This document shows positions 9,836 to 18,241 of a stretch of DNA of 32,229 nt, one piece after another. Made by a program: the position numbers and the translations under genes. Every line of letters begins with the position of its first letter. Within the stretch, counting starts at the first letter, position 1. The notes beneath the pieces are model-generated. The model searched no databases, was not told the origin of the DNA, and saw only the letters and a list, made by a program, of their open reading frames with translations. The stretch spans positions 4,242 to 36,470 of the forward strand of contig VBNY01000202.1 in the NCBI GenBank assembly GCA_005877705.1, read 5' to 3'. Source of the stretch: Gammaproteobacteria bacterium. Lineage in GTDB: Bacteria > Pseudomonadota > Gammaproteobacteria > Steroidobacterales > Steroidobacteraceae.

Positions 9836-10931
9836 TTAGACTCCCGCCTTGAGCGAGGCCTCCATGAACTGATCGAGACCCCCGTCCAGCACCGCCGTGG
9901 TGTTGCCGACCTCCACGCCGGTGCGCAGGTCCTTGATGCGCGACTGGTCGAGCACATAGGAGCGGATCTGGTTGCCCCAGCTGACATCGGATTTCGAATC
10001 CTCCAGCACCTTGGCGGCGGCGTTGCGCTTGTTCACTTCGAGCTCGTAGAGCTTCGCCTTCAGCATCTTCATGGCCGTCGAGCGGTTCTTGTGCTGGCTG
10101 CGCTCGTTCTGACACGCCACCACGATGCCGCTCGGCAGATGCGTGATGCGCACCGCGGACTCGGTCTTGTTGACGTGCTGGCCGCCGGCGCCCGAGGAAC
10201 GATAGACATCCACCTTGAGGTCCGCGGGATTGACCTCGATCTCGATGTCGTCGTCGACCTCCGGCGAGACGAACACGGAGGCGAACGAGGTATGGCGGCG
10301 GTTGCCCGAATCGAACGGCGACTTGCGCACCAGCCGGTGCACGCCGGTTTCCGTGCGCAGCCAGCCGTACGCGTAGTCGCCTTTGATCTGCACCGTGGCG
10401 CTCTTGATGCCGGCCACCTCACCCGGGTTCGAATCGATCACTTCGTAGCTGAAGCCGCGCGCCGCGCTCCAGCGCAGATACATGCGCAGCAGCATCTGCG
10501 CCCAGTCCTGCGCCTCGGTGCCGCCCGCGCCCGCCTGGATATCGAGGAAGGCGTTGTGCGAATCCATCTCGCCGCGGAACATGCGTTTCAACTCGAGGTG
10601 GCGCACGTCGGCTTCCAGGCGCTGCGCGTCGCGCTCGATGTCGCGCGCGGCGGCCTCGTCGCCCGCGCTTTCCGCGAGCTCGAGCAGCTCGGCGGCCTCG
10701 GCGATTGCCTTCGCGCTACGATCGATCTCGCCGGTGTCGGCAGTCAGCCGCGCGCGCTCGCGCCCGAGCTCCTGGGCGCGCTGCGGGTTCGACCAGATGG
10801 TCGGGTCCTCGAGCTCGCGAGCCACTTCCTCGAGGCGCTCCCGCTTGCGATCGTACTCAAAGAAACCCCCGTAACGAGGCGACGCGCTCCCCGAGGTCTT
10901 TGAGCTGGCGCTTGAGCTGATTGACTTCCAT
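9836..10931 (-). CDS. prfB: Peptide chain release factor 2, with programmed +1 ribosomal frameshift (frame 0 at 10860-10931; frame +1 at 9836-10858)
   Basis: Frame 0 reads ATG(10929-10931) [24 protein letters not shown] then TGA. The +1 frame continues [22 protein letters not shown]...[19 protein letters not shown] (the GGQ motif). This is collinear with E. coli RF2 (LRGYL*DYDAKKERLEEV). Confidence 0.95.
10856..10871 (-). promoter_or_regulatory. prfB +1 frameshift site: SD-like CGGGGG, 3-nt spacer, CTT TGA G
   Basis: The mRNA reads uua-CGG-GGG-uuu-CUU-UGA-G. CTT is at 10860-10862 and the in-frame TGA at 10857-10859. This is the same architecture as the E. coli autoregulatory site (AGGGGG-uau-CUU-UGA-C). 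Confidence 0.85.
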
Positions 10932-11014
10932 TGCAGCGGCGTTGGGATGTGCGGATCGGGCGGTAACGCTAATTGAGCGGCGCCCGATGCGCAAGCCGCG
11001 CGATTTTCAACAGC

Positions 11015-12757
11015 TCAATCTCGTGTCTGACCGAGCGGCAGGAGGTGGTCGACCAGCAGCTGCAGTCGCCGCTCGCCCTGATACTCGTTCACATCCAGGC
11101 GGTAGACGAGCTGCATGGGCCCCTCGGGCAGCACGGGCTCGCAGTGCGCGTCGATGTGATTGAAGGCGATCGCATCGAATGCTCGTCCGCTGTGCGCCAC
11201 TTCCACCCACATCTTCACATGACGCTCGCCGACTACCCGCGCGCTGCGGATGGTGAAGGTGCCGTCGAAGCTCGGCTCCGGGAATGCCTGCCCCCATGGG
11301 CCGCCGGCACGCAGCGCCTGCGCCGTCTCGAGCGCGATCTCCCGCACGGCAAGCTCGCCGTCTGTCTCGATGGCATCCGCGCCGGCGTGGCCGGTCCATC
11401 GGGCCACTTCCTGGTCGAATGCCCGGGCGAAGGTATCGAGCTTGGCGCGCTCGAGGGTCAGCCCGGCGGCCATCGCGTGGCCGCCGAACTTGCTGATCAG
11501 CTCCGGATGGCGCGCGGCGATCGAGTCCAGCACGTCGCGGATGTGAATTCCAGGGACCGAGCGCGCGGAGCCGCGCAGCAGCGCCTCTCCCGCGAGGGCG
11601 AAGGCGATCACCGGGCGGCGAACCCGATCCTTCACCCGGCTTGCGACCAGGCCGACCACGCCTTGATGCCAGCTCTCGTCATACAGGCACACGCCGCTGC
11701 GCTCGAGCGCATGCGGGCCCGGGTCGCGCAGCCGGCGCACCGCGGCCAGCGCTTCAATCTGCATGCGTGCCTCGATGGCGCGCCGCTCCTCGTTGAGCTG
11801 GTCGAGACGCGCCGCCAGCAGGCGCGCCGCCTCGTCGCTGTCGGCGAGCAGGCACTGGATGCCGACGGTCATGTCGTCGATGCGTCCGGCGGCATTGAGC
11901 CGGGGAGCGACGCCGAAGGCGAGATCGGCCTCGGTGAGATGCTCATGGCCCCGTGCCGCGAGCTCGAGCAGCGCACGGATTCCCGGCACACAGCGGCCCG
12001 CGCGGATACGTCTCAAACCCTGCGCCACGAGTACGCGATTGTTCGCATCGAGCGGCACGACATCCGCCACCGTGCCGAGCGCCACGAGGTCGAGAAACTG
12101 CGCCGGATGGGCCGCCCCGGCGGCAGTGAGCTGTGCCTCATCGAGCCGTCGTTTGACGGCGGCCAGCACGTAAAACGCGACGCCCACACCCGCCAGCGAG
12201 CGACTGCCGAAGCTGCTGCCGGCGAGATTGGGATTGACGATCACGTTGGCGTCCGGCAGCCGCGCCCCGGGTAAATGGTGATCGGTGATGAGCACATCGA
12301 TGCCGCGTGAGCGCGCCTCAGCCACCCCGGCGGCACTCGAGATCCCGTTGTCCACCGTCACGATGAGCGTCGGCGAGCGCGTCGCGGCAAGGGCGACGAT
12401 CTCGGGCGTGAGACCGTAGCCGAACTCGAAGCGATTCGGGACGAGGAAATCCACCGCAGCGAATCCCCAGCTGCTGAGCGCTCTGACCATCATGGCGGTG
12501 CTCGTCGCGCCATCGGCGTCGAAGTCGCCGATCACGAGCACGCGACCGCCGCTGCGGTGTTGCAGCAGGAGGTCCACCGCCGCCGGGATGCCCTCCAGGG
12601 TGCCGACCGGCAGCAAGCGGGCGAGCGAGATATCGAGCTCTGCAGCCGAACGCACGCCGCGGGCCAGATAGATACGCTGCAGGACCGGATGCAAAGCCGC
12701 GCTCAAGCCCGGGGACTGCAGCTGCCCAGCCTCGCGGCGCACGATCCGCAGAGTCAC
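11015..12757 (-). CDS. recJ: Single-stranded-DNA-specific exonuclease RecJ
   Basis: VTLRIVRREAG...LHPVLQRIYLARGVRSAAELD...VLVIGDFDADGATSTAMM...ITDHHLPG...FGGHAMAAGL shows the DHH/DHHA1 motifs. The GTG start at 12755-12757 forms a GTGA overlap with the upstream gene's stop. The 721-aa track ORF is over-extended. Confidence 0.93.
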   Translation of the reverse strand: MTLRIVRREAGQLQSPGLSAALHPVLQRIYLARGVRSAAELDISLARLLPVGTLEGIPAAVDLLLQHRSGGRVLVIGDFDADGATSTAMMVRALSSWGFAAVDFLVPNRFEFGYGLTPEIVALAATRSPTLIVTVDNGISSAAGVAEARSRGIDVLITDHHLPGARLPDANVIVNPNLAGSSFGSRSLAGVGVAFYVLAAVKRRLDEAQLTAAGAAHPAQFLDLVALGTVADVVPLDANNRVLVAQGLRRIRAGRCVPGIRALLELAARGHEHLTEADLAFGVAPRLNAAGRIDDMTVGIQCLLADSDEAARLLAARLDQLNEERRAIEARMQIEALAAVRRLRDPGPHALERSGVCLYDESWHQGVVGLVASRVKDRVRRPVIAFALAGEALLRGSARSVPGIHIRDVLDSIAARHPELISKFGGHAMAAGLTLERAKLDTFARAFDQEVARWTGHAGADAIETDGELAVREIALETAQALRAGGPWGQAFPEPSFDGTFTIRSARVVGERHVKMWVEVAHSGRAFDAIAFNHIDAHCEPVLPEGPMQLVYRLDVNEYQGERRLQLLVDHLLPLGQTRD

Positions 12758-13794
12758 TGCAGCCCCTCGAGGCCGGGGCGCGAACGGCGCCAGATCTTCA
12801 GGCGATCGCGTGACCGAACGGCCAGTTGCCGGTCGTTGGCGAGCACCAGGAGGCTCGCAACAGCGCCGCGGCCGAGGGCCTGCAGCGCGGGCCGGACGAA
12901 GCGCCGATCGAGCTCCGCGACCGCTTCGAGCACGGTCCACTTCGGATTCGAGTGCAACACCTGAGCGACTTCCATGACCAGCGCTGCCCGCTGCGCGCGA
13001 GGATAGCTGAATATCTCGGGCAGCTGCTGCGGAAGCGGCCGTACCTCGCCGCCTTGCAGATGCCAGAGGCCGCGTACATAGGCGTCGGATCCAAACGCCA
13101 ACTCGAGTCCCGTGGCGCCACTGCCATCGGTCAGCGCCGGTTGCGCGTGCGGCGCCGTCGGTCCGCCTCCCCACAACCACAACGCGCTCACGGCTGGTTC
13201 ACCACGGCTGGCACGCATCTGATTGAGTGGATGCCCGTGCAGCCACATCTCGATCTCCGCGCCCAGTCGTCGCAACAGCGGCGCACCGGCCCCGCCCGGC
13301 AACGACTGCGCGAGGCCGCCCACGAGGGAGCGCGCCGGCTCGGTCGTCAGTGCTTGCGGCATGCTCGGACCGAGCAGCAGGAAATCTCCGCAAGGCAGCG
13401 GCTGCAACCGGAACCCGGAGTCGCGAAACGCAGCTGCAAAGTCCTGCGCGAGGCGCTCCAGCTGTGAGGGCGGCGGCCTGAGGATGCTGCGGTGATCGAG
13501 ATGCAGGCTCGTGAGGCTGGCGGTCAGGTGCACTGGCGTGGCAATCCATGCCATCTGCGCATCCCCTGTCTGCAGCCCGGCGGCCGCGACGCTCGCTGGC
13601 GCCGCCTGCGCGAGATCGTCGCGACCGAGCCAGCGAGCCAGCCGGTCGCGCCAGCCCCGTTCGAGCACCGATCTCGCGCCGAAGCGCGCCGCGTGCTCGA
13701 GCCCGGGCATCGCCCCGCTCACACCTGTCGACCAGCTACTGCCCGCCTCCGCGGGCAAATACAGATCGGCCACGACGATGACGATCTCGCGCAC
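12754..13794 (-). CDS. Conserved protein of the RpfE-type regulatory family (often mis-annotated as phosphoglycerate mutase-like); function unknown
   Basis: The 346-aa ORF has a GTG start and an MREIVIVVADLYLP N-terminus plus a central SALWLWGGG block, as I recall for the RpfE-type family that sits next to recJ in Xanthomonas. The family assignment is from memory, not a search. Confidence 0.5.
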   Translation of the reverse strand: MREIVIVVADLYLPAEAGSSWSTGVSGAMPGLEHAARFGARSVLERGWRDRLARWLGRDDLAQAAPASVAAAGLQTGDAQMAWIATPVHLTASLTSLHLDHRSILRPPPSQLERLAQDFAAAFRDSGFRLQPLPCGDFLLLGPSMPQALTTEPARSLVGGLAQSLPGGAGAPLLRRLGAEIEMWLHGHPLNQMRASRGEPAVSALWLWGGGPTAPHAQPALTDGSGATGLELAFGSDAYVRGLWHLQGGEVRPLPQQLPEIFSYPRAQRAALVMEVAQVLHSNPKWTVLEAVAELDRRFVRPALQALGRGAVASLLVLANDRQLAVRSRDRLKIWRRSRPGLEGLQ

Positions 13795-13814
13795 GGGCGG
13801 TATCGTATCGTTCC

Positions 13815-14186
13815 ATGAAGTTCACGCTCGAAAGCAGCTCGCGCGTCAATCTGATCCGCGCGTATTCCGCTGCCGAGGTACGGGTGGGGGAGCAGAGTGT
13901 GCGCCGCAGCTGCATCGTCACCGCCGATGCCCTGATCACGGACTGGGAGCCGCTGAGCTTTGCAGAGTTTTCGGCGGCTCACCTCGAGCCGCTCCTGGCC
14001 TTGCAGCCCGAGCTGGTTCTACTCGGCACGGGACCGACACAACGCTTCCCGTCGGCGGCACTGCGCTCGGCGTTTACTGCTCGGGGGGTGGGGCTCGAGG
14101 CGATGGACCTCGGTGCGGCCTGCCGCACGTTCAACATTCTCGTACAGGAGGAGCGGCGGGTCGCCGCCGCCCTTTTCTTTATCTGA
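13815..14186 (+). CDS. Mth938-like domain protein (DUF498 / NDUFAF3-like)
   Basis: The 123-aa ORF contains ...LLALQPELVLLGTGPTQRFPSAALRSAFTARGVGLEAMDLGAACRTFNILVQEERRVAAALF, the typical Mth938-like core (LLGTG...F....G.G.E.M....A.RT.N.L..E.R). Confidence 0.7.
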   Translation: MKFTLESSSRVNLIRAYSAAEVRVGEQSVRRSCIVTADALITDWEPLSFAEFSAAHLEPLLALQPELVLLGTGPTQRFPSAALRSAFTARGVGLEAMDLGAACRTFNILVQEERRVAAALFFI

Positions 14187-14210
14187 TCGCCGGAACCGGC
14201 ATGCTCTCTA

Positions 14211-14238
14211 GCGGGCAAAAACCACGCTTTTTGCCCGC
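14211..14238. repeat. 28-nt perfect hairpin element, sister of 689-716
   Basis: GCGGGCAAAAA-CCACGC-TTTTTGCCCGC lies 25 nt after the Mth938-like stop. It has the same arm and loop lengths as 689-716. Confidence 0.6.
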
Positions 14239-14269
14239 GGGCCCCGAAACTTCGCTCGGCGCGCTCGCT

Positions 14270-14293
14270 GAAAAGGGCCTTCGGCCCCTTTTC
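14270..14293. terminator. Bidirectional hairpin with short U tracts on either strand; probable terminator of the plus-strand Mth938-like gene
   Basis: GAAAAGGGCC-TTC-GGCCCCTTTTC has a GC core stem flanked by an A4/T4 extension. Read on the plus strand it gives GGGCC-uuc-GGCCC followed by CUUUUC. Confidence 0.5.
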
Positions 14294-14298
14294 AGCCA

Positions 14299-14328
14299 AT
14301 AAAAAAAACAAAGGCCGCGAGGGCGGCC
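14299..14328 (-). terminator. Canonical rho-independent terminator on the minus strand
   Basis: The minus strand reads GGCCGC-CCTC-GCGGCC followed by TTTGTTTTTTTT. On the plus strand this is an A8 run at 14301-14308 and the stem at 14313-14328. Confidence 0.8.
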
Positions 14329-14644
14329 GGCAGAAGACACAAGGGGAGGAATCCCAACCAACCGAACAATCATTCGAAGCTGACAGACTCGAACAATTGC
14401 GTACTTCTTGTTCTTCTGCTCGCCTTCTTGTTGCTCTTTTCGACGTCCCTCCTCCCTGTGCCTTCTGCCCGCCACCTTAGCTCCCTTCAGAGCTGTCGGC
14501 ATTAGCAGACAGGGTGAGATGTTAAGCATGTCTCAGATAAACACGCAAGCTATTTGAGGGGCGCCGGGCTCCGCTGCGATTCATTCAATTCGAATCAGGT
14601 ACTTATCACACTAATATAATCTCATTTCTGGACCTCCGCGCTCT
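14301..14644 (-). ncRNA. Candidate long pcm 3'UTR or independent sRNA ending at the 14299-14328 terminator (hypothesis only)
   Basis: A ~340-nt stretch of ~50% GC lies between the pcm stop and a strong same-strand terminator. It has no convincing ORF, and I could not identify a convincing sigma-70 promoter. Confidence 0.2.
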
Positions 14645-15307
14645 TCAGGCAGTGCCGCCCAGCAGCGGCACGAACGCCACCGAGCCGAGGGATTCCCGCA
14701 GCACCCCTTGCTCGTGGCGTACGAACCTCACGAGCTCCTGCTCCCCTTCCGGGCCCACAGGGACCACCAGACGGCCACCCACCTGGAGCTGCTTGATGAG
14801 CGGCTCCGGCACCGTGAGCGGAGCGGCGGCCACCAGGATCGCGTCGTACGGCGCATGCCCCTTCCAGCCCACCGCACCGTCGCCGTGACGGTAGCGCACG
14901 TTGCGGATCCCGAGCTCCTTGATGCGCTCTTTGGCACGCGTCAGAAGCGGCTCGATGCGCTCGATCGTGTACAACCGTTCAACGAGCGGAGCCAGCACGG
15001 CGGTCTGGTAGCCGGATCCGGTCCCAACTTCGAGTACGTTCTGCAACGGACCGCCCTTCAGCAACGCCTCGGTCATGCGCGCAACGATGTACGGTTGCGA
15101 GATGGTCTGACCGAACCCGATGGGAAGCGCCGTGTCCTCATAAGCCCGGCTGCCGAGGGCTTCGTCAACGAAAATGTGGCGTGGCACGTTGCGAATCCGA
15201 TCCAGCACAGCGAGATTCGCGATCCCCTGCTCGCGTAAGCGTTGCACGAGCCGGTCGCGCGTGCGCGCAGAGGTCATGCCAATGCCAGAGAACCGCAGGT
15301 CAACCAT
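14645..15307 (-). CDS. pcm: Protein-L-isoaspartate O-methyltransferase
   Basis: The 220-aa ORF contains [38 protein letters not shown]...[16 protein letters not shown] (SAM-binding motif). It overlaps the surE stop by 8 nt. Confidence 0.93.
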   Translation of the reverse strand: MVDLRFSGIGMTSARTRDRLVQRLREQGIANLAVLDRIRNVPRHIFVDEALGSRAYEDTALPIGFGQTISQPYIVARMTEALLKGGPLQNVLEVGTGSGYQTAVLAPLVERLYTIERIEPLLTRAKERIKELGIRNVRYRHGDGAVGWKGHAPYDAILVAAAPLTVPEPLIKQLQVGGRLVVPVGPEGEQELVRFVRHEQGVLRESLGSVAFVPLLGGTA

Positions 15308-16058
15308 CGATGCCTTCCAGCCAGCTCTCCACGGCCGGCAGCGCGGCGTGGCGCGTCAAGTCGATCTGCAGCGGAGTCACCGAGACGTACCCCTGAGTGA
15401 CCGTGTGGAAGTCCGTGCCGGGCCCGGCATCCTGCTCCGGCCCGGCCGGTCCCACCCAGTAGACGGGACGGCCCCGTGGGTCGTGCGCGCGGATGACCGG
15501 CTCGGAGCGGTGGCGAAACCCCAGCCTGCTGGTGCGAAAGCCGCGCAGCTCCTCGAACGGCACGTCAGGGACGTTGACGTTGAGGATCAGAGCGCTTTCC
15601 AGAGGCTTGCGCAGCAGCTGGCTGACGAGCAGTCCCGCCACTCGGGCCCCGCTGTCGAAATGCCGGCCGCTCTCCGGCCCGGTGCAAAGCGAGACGGCGA
15701 TGGTGGGCAGACCGAGGAAGCGCCCTTCGACGGCGGCCGCGACGGTCCCGGAATACAGCACGTCGTCGCCCAGATTCTCACCGTCGTTGACGCCCGAAAC
15801 CACCATGTCATATTCGTAGTCAAAGAGACCGGAGATCGCCAGATGTACGCAATCCGTCGGGGTTCCGGGGACGGAGTACACGCCAGGCTCCGCTTCGAAC
15901 ACGCGCAGGGGCACATCGAGCGTGAGCGAGTTGCTGGCGCCGCTGCGGTTGCGATCCGGCGCCACGACCGTCACGTCGGCAAGCGTGGCGAGGACTTCTC
16001 TCAGGAGGCCGATGCCCTCTGAGCGGAAGCCATCATCGTTGCTGATCAGGATCTTCAC
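15300..16058 (-). CDS. surE: 5'/3'-nucleotidase SurE
   Basis: (V)[22 protein letters not shown]...[15 protein letters not shown]...[22 protein letters not shown]. The GTG start at 16056-16058 was chosen by alignment to the E. coli MRILLSNDDG. The longer track ORF (to 16148) would overlap the divergent smrA start. Confidence 0.9.
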   Translation of the reverse strand: MKILISNDDGFRSEGIGLLREVLATLADVTVVAPDRNRSGASNSLTLDVPLRVFEAEPGVYSVPGTPTDCVHLAISGLFDYEYDMVVSGVNDGENLGDDVLYSGTVAAAVEGRFLGLPTIAVSLCTGPESGRHFDSGARVAGLLVSQLLRKPLESALILNVNVPDVPFEELRGFRTSRLGFRHRSEPVIRAHDPRGRPVYWVGPAGPEQDAGPGTDFHTVTQGYVSVTPLQIDLTRHAALPAVESWLEGIDG

Positions 16059-16135
16059 GGGAGGTGGGTTGAACCGCCGTATTTTGATACTCGTGAACGG
16101 CGCGTCACTATAGCAAGGCAGCCTGCGGAGGTAGC

Positions 16136-16690
16136 GTGAGTCCCACACCCGACGACGAGGATGTCCGCCTGTTCCGGGATGCGGTCCGGGACGTCAAGCC
16201 GCTCGCACGGGAAACTCCCGCCGCGAGCCCGCGCAGACCTGCCCCGCGCGCCCGTTTCAGCCGCGCCGACCGCGAGGCGGTGCTGCAGGAGAGCCTGAAC
16301 GCAGACCCGAGCGACCCGGTGCTCGCCAGCGGCGAAGAGCTCGTCTTCCACCGGCCGGGCGTACCGACGTCCATCCTGCGCAAGCTTCGCCGTGGGCACT
16401 ATCGCGTGCAGGCGGAGATCGACCTGCACGGACTCACGGTCGCGGAGGCCAAGCCGGCGCTGCGCGAATTTATCGCGCATGCACAGGACCGCGACATCCG
16501 CTGCATAAGGATCATTCACGGCAAAGGCCTGCGCTCCGGGCATCGGGGCCCCGTGTTGAAAAGCGCGGTGAGCGCGGTCCTGCGGCGCACGGGCGCCGTG
16601 CTTGCATACGTCTCCGCGCGTCAGGTCGATGGTGGTACGGGAGCGGTCTACGTTCTACTGTCCCCGTGGCCCGCGCAATCGGTGCCCTAA
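16136..16690 (+). CDS. smrA: Smr-domain endonuclease, SmrA/YdaL-like
   Basis: The 184-aa ORF has a GTG start with GGAGG 4 nt upstream. The N-terminal [12 protein letters not shown] and the C-terminal Smr domain ([20 protein letters not shown]...IRIIHGKGL...LKSAV..L) match the YdaL architecture. Confidence 0.75.
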   Translation: MSPTPDDEDVRLFRDAVRDVKPLARETPAASPRRPAPRARFSRADREAVLQESLNADPSDPVLASGEELVFHRPGVPTSILRKLRRGHYRVQAEIDLHGLTVAEAKPALREFIAHAQDRDIRCIRIIHGKGLRSGHRGPVLKSAVSAVLRRTGAVLAYVSARQVDGGTGAVYVLLSPWPAQSVP

Positions 16691-17742
16691 TCCGCTTCAC
16701 TCTCCCCCTGCTGCGCCGCGTCCGACTCGACCAGCTCCCGCAACACGGCCGTGGCGAAGCTGCCGCGCGCCAGGCGAAAGCGCACCTCGATGGCTCGAGA
16801 GTCGCGTGCCCAGCTCAGATCGTGCACGGCGAGCCTCAGACTGCGGCGCTCCTGCCGCATTGCAGCTCCCACAGCGAGCGCGCACGCCTGCGGGAATTCG
16901 GCCGCGACGCGCGCTTCCAGCTCCAACACCCGGCGGCCCGAGGGCGGCGCGCCGCGCCCCCACAGCGGTCCCGTTGGATGAATCTCGAGCCGCGCGCAGC
17001 GCTCGAGCAGCTGCGGCTCGAGAGTGCCGACCGGAAAGATGCTCCCACGGCCGTCAAGGTTGGCGATGTCACCGTCCTCCAGATGCTCCCAGCTGCCATC
17101 GCGGACGCGCTCGGCAAGCACGGCGTTGAACACCAGGCTGCGTGCGGCCGACAACACCAGACCTCGCTGCGGAGCTCGCAATGAGTGCAGCTCGTGCGCG
17201 GCGCGCACGAGATTGGCGCCGTCGCGCCCGAAGCGCTGCGGCCCGAAATAGTTCGGGACGCCCCGGCGGCGGATTTCGGCTACCCGTTGCGCGAGTCGCG
17301 CATCGTCAACCGCGGCGTCGCGGATGCGAATGGTGAAGCGGTTGGCGGCCAGCGCGCCGCGCGGCAGCTTGCGCGAGTGGGCGTACGCCTCGAGGACTTC
17401 GAAATCGGCGCTGCCCACCGCTCGCCAGGCCTCGGGAGTCAACCGGGACTGGGGCACGGAGAACCACTGCACGGCGACGGCGCGACGATCCTTCAGGCCA
17501 GCGTACCCGACATCCGCAGGGCGGCAGCCGCAGCTTTGTGCCAGCTCACGCGCAACCCAGTGCGTGTTGGCGTTTCGTTTGCGGACCTTCAGCAGCACGT
17601 GCTGACCGGTTCCGGCGGGAGCGAAACCGAGCTGTTCCTCGACGCTGAAGTCCTCCGGCTCGACACGCAGGGCGCCGCGAGCGAGCGGCTCTCCGTGGGC
17701 GCGCGGCGGCGCAAACGCCGCCTCCAGCCAAGCCTGATTCAT
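16687..17742 (-). CDS. truD: tRNA pseudouridine(13) synthase TruD
   Basis: LRVEPEDFSVEEQLGF...GQHVLLKVRKRNANTHWVARELA...VGYAGLKDRRAVAVQWFSV...RRGVPNYFGPQRFG is collinear with E. coli TruD. The start is uncertain: ATG at 17742 is preferred, with alternatives at ATG 17775 and TTG 17805. Confidence 0.88.
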   Translation of the reverse strand: MNQAWLEAAFAPPRAHGEPLARGALRVEPEDFSVEEQLGFAPAGTGQHVLLKVRKRNANTHWVARELAQSCGCRPADVGYAGLKDRRAVAVQWFSVPQSRLTPEAWRAVGSADFEVLEAYAHSRKLPRGALAANRFTIRIRDAAVDDARLAQRVAEIRRRGVPNYFGPQRFGRDGANLVRAAHELHSLRAPQRGLVLSAARSLVFNAVLAERVRDGSWEHLEDGDIANLDGRGSIFPVGTLEPQLLERCARLEIHPTGPLWGRGAPPSGRRVLELEARVAAEFPQACALAVGAAMRQERRSLRLAVHDLSWARDSRAIEVRFRLARGSFATAVLRELVESDAAQQGESEAD

Positions 17743-17767
17743 TTTACGATCGGACCGCTGGCGCTCT

Positions 17768-18241
17768 TCAGCCATCCTCGAGCAACGCAACCGCTTGGGC
17801 GGCAATGCCCTCGGCGCGACCGAGAAACCCCAAGCGCTCGGTCGTCGTCGCCTTGACGTTGACGTGGTGCTCGCTCACTTGCAGCAACTGCGCGATCTGG
17901 CGGCGCATCTCGTCCCGGAAGGGCGCCACCTTGGGCACCTCCGCCAGCACCGTGACGTCGACGTTTGCGACACGCAGGCGGCGGTTGCGCAGCATCTCCA
18001 GCACGGCTCGCACGAAGCGCCCGCTGTCGGCGCCCTTCCATTGCGGGTCGGAGTCCTTGAAGTGCTGGCCGATATCGCCCAGCCCGGCCGCCCCCAGCAG
18101 CGCATCGCACAGCGCATGCAGCACCACATCGCCATCCGAATGCGCGACCACGCCACGAGAGTGAGGGACACGCACGCCGCCGAGCATGACGAAGTCGCCA
18201 GGGCCAAAGGCGTGGACGTCGATTCCGGAACCGATTCTCAT
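17768..18241 (-). CDS. ispF: 2-C-methyl-D-erythritol 2,4-cyclodiphosphate synthase
   Basis: [61 protein letters not shown]. The start at CAT 18239-18241 forms an ATGA overlap with the ispD stop. The 237-aa track ORF is over-extended. Confidence 0.95.
   Translation of the reverse strand: MRIGSGIDVHAFGPGDFVMLGGVRVPHSRGVVAHSDGDVVLHALCDALLGAAGLGDIGQHFKDSDPQWKGADSGRFVRAVLEMLRNRRLRVANVDVTVLAEVPKVAPFRDEMRRQIAQLLQVSEHHVNVKATTTERLGFLGRAEGIAAQAVALLEDG

Noticed and set aside
10972-11019. The heptamer inverted repeat ATTGAGC-N34-GCTCAAT upstream of prfB shares its core with the lpxB 15-bp arms (ATTGAGC-N36-GCTCAAT). A further GCTCAAT sits at the dnaE stop (25715-25721).
   Set aside because: Only 7 nt are shared, the flanks and loops are unrelated, and a rough composition estimate predicts one or two chance occurrences per window. 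This is too weak to call a common operator without a genome-wide motif count.
14179-14529. 116-aa minus-strand ORF in the low-GC spacer (MLNISPCLL...; possible GTG start at 14475 with a good SD).
   Set aside because: It reads through three strong hairpins including a canonical terminator with a T8 tract. It overlaps the Mth938-like 3' end, has an extremely basic low-complexity sequence, and no recognisable family. It is kept only as an alternative hypothesis in the spacer finding.
14581-14640. Perfect TATAAT (14615-14620, plus strand) in the AT-rich stretch next to the pcm stop, considered as an antisense promoter.
   Set aside because: There is no acceptable -35 hexamer at 16-18 nt spacing and no TG extension. 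A single hexamer in a 38% GC segment is expected by chance.
16059-16066. CCTCC-type (anti-SD-like) pyrimidine tracts instead of SD sequences immediately upstream of the surE GTG (cacCTCCCgtg) and the accA ATG (CCCTCCCtcgttcATG, 25663-25678).
   Set aside because: There are only two cases. Other genes here, such as sdhB, smrA and rpoE, have normal GGAG-type SDs, so this is probably coincidence or imprecise start assignment.
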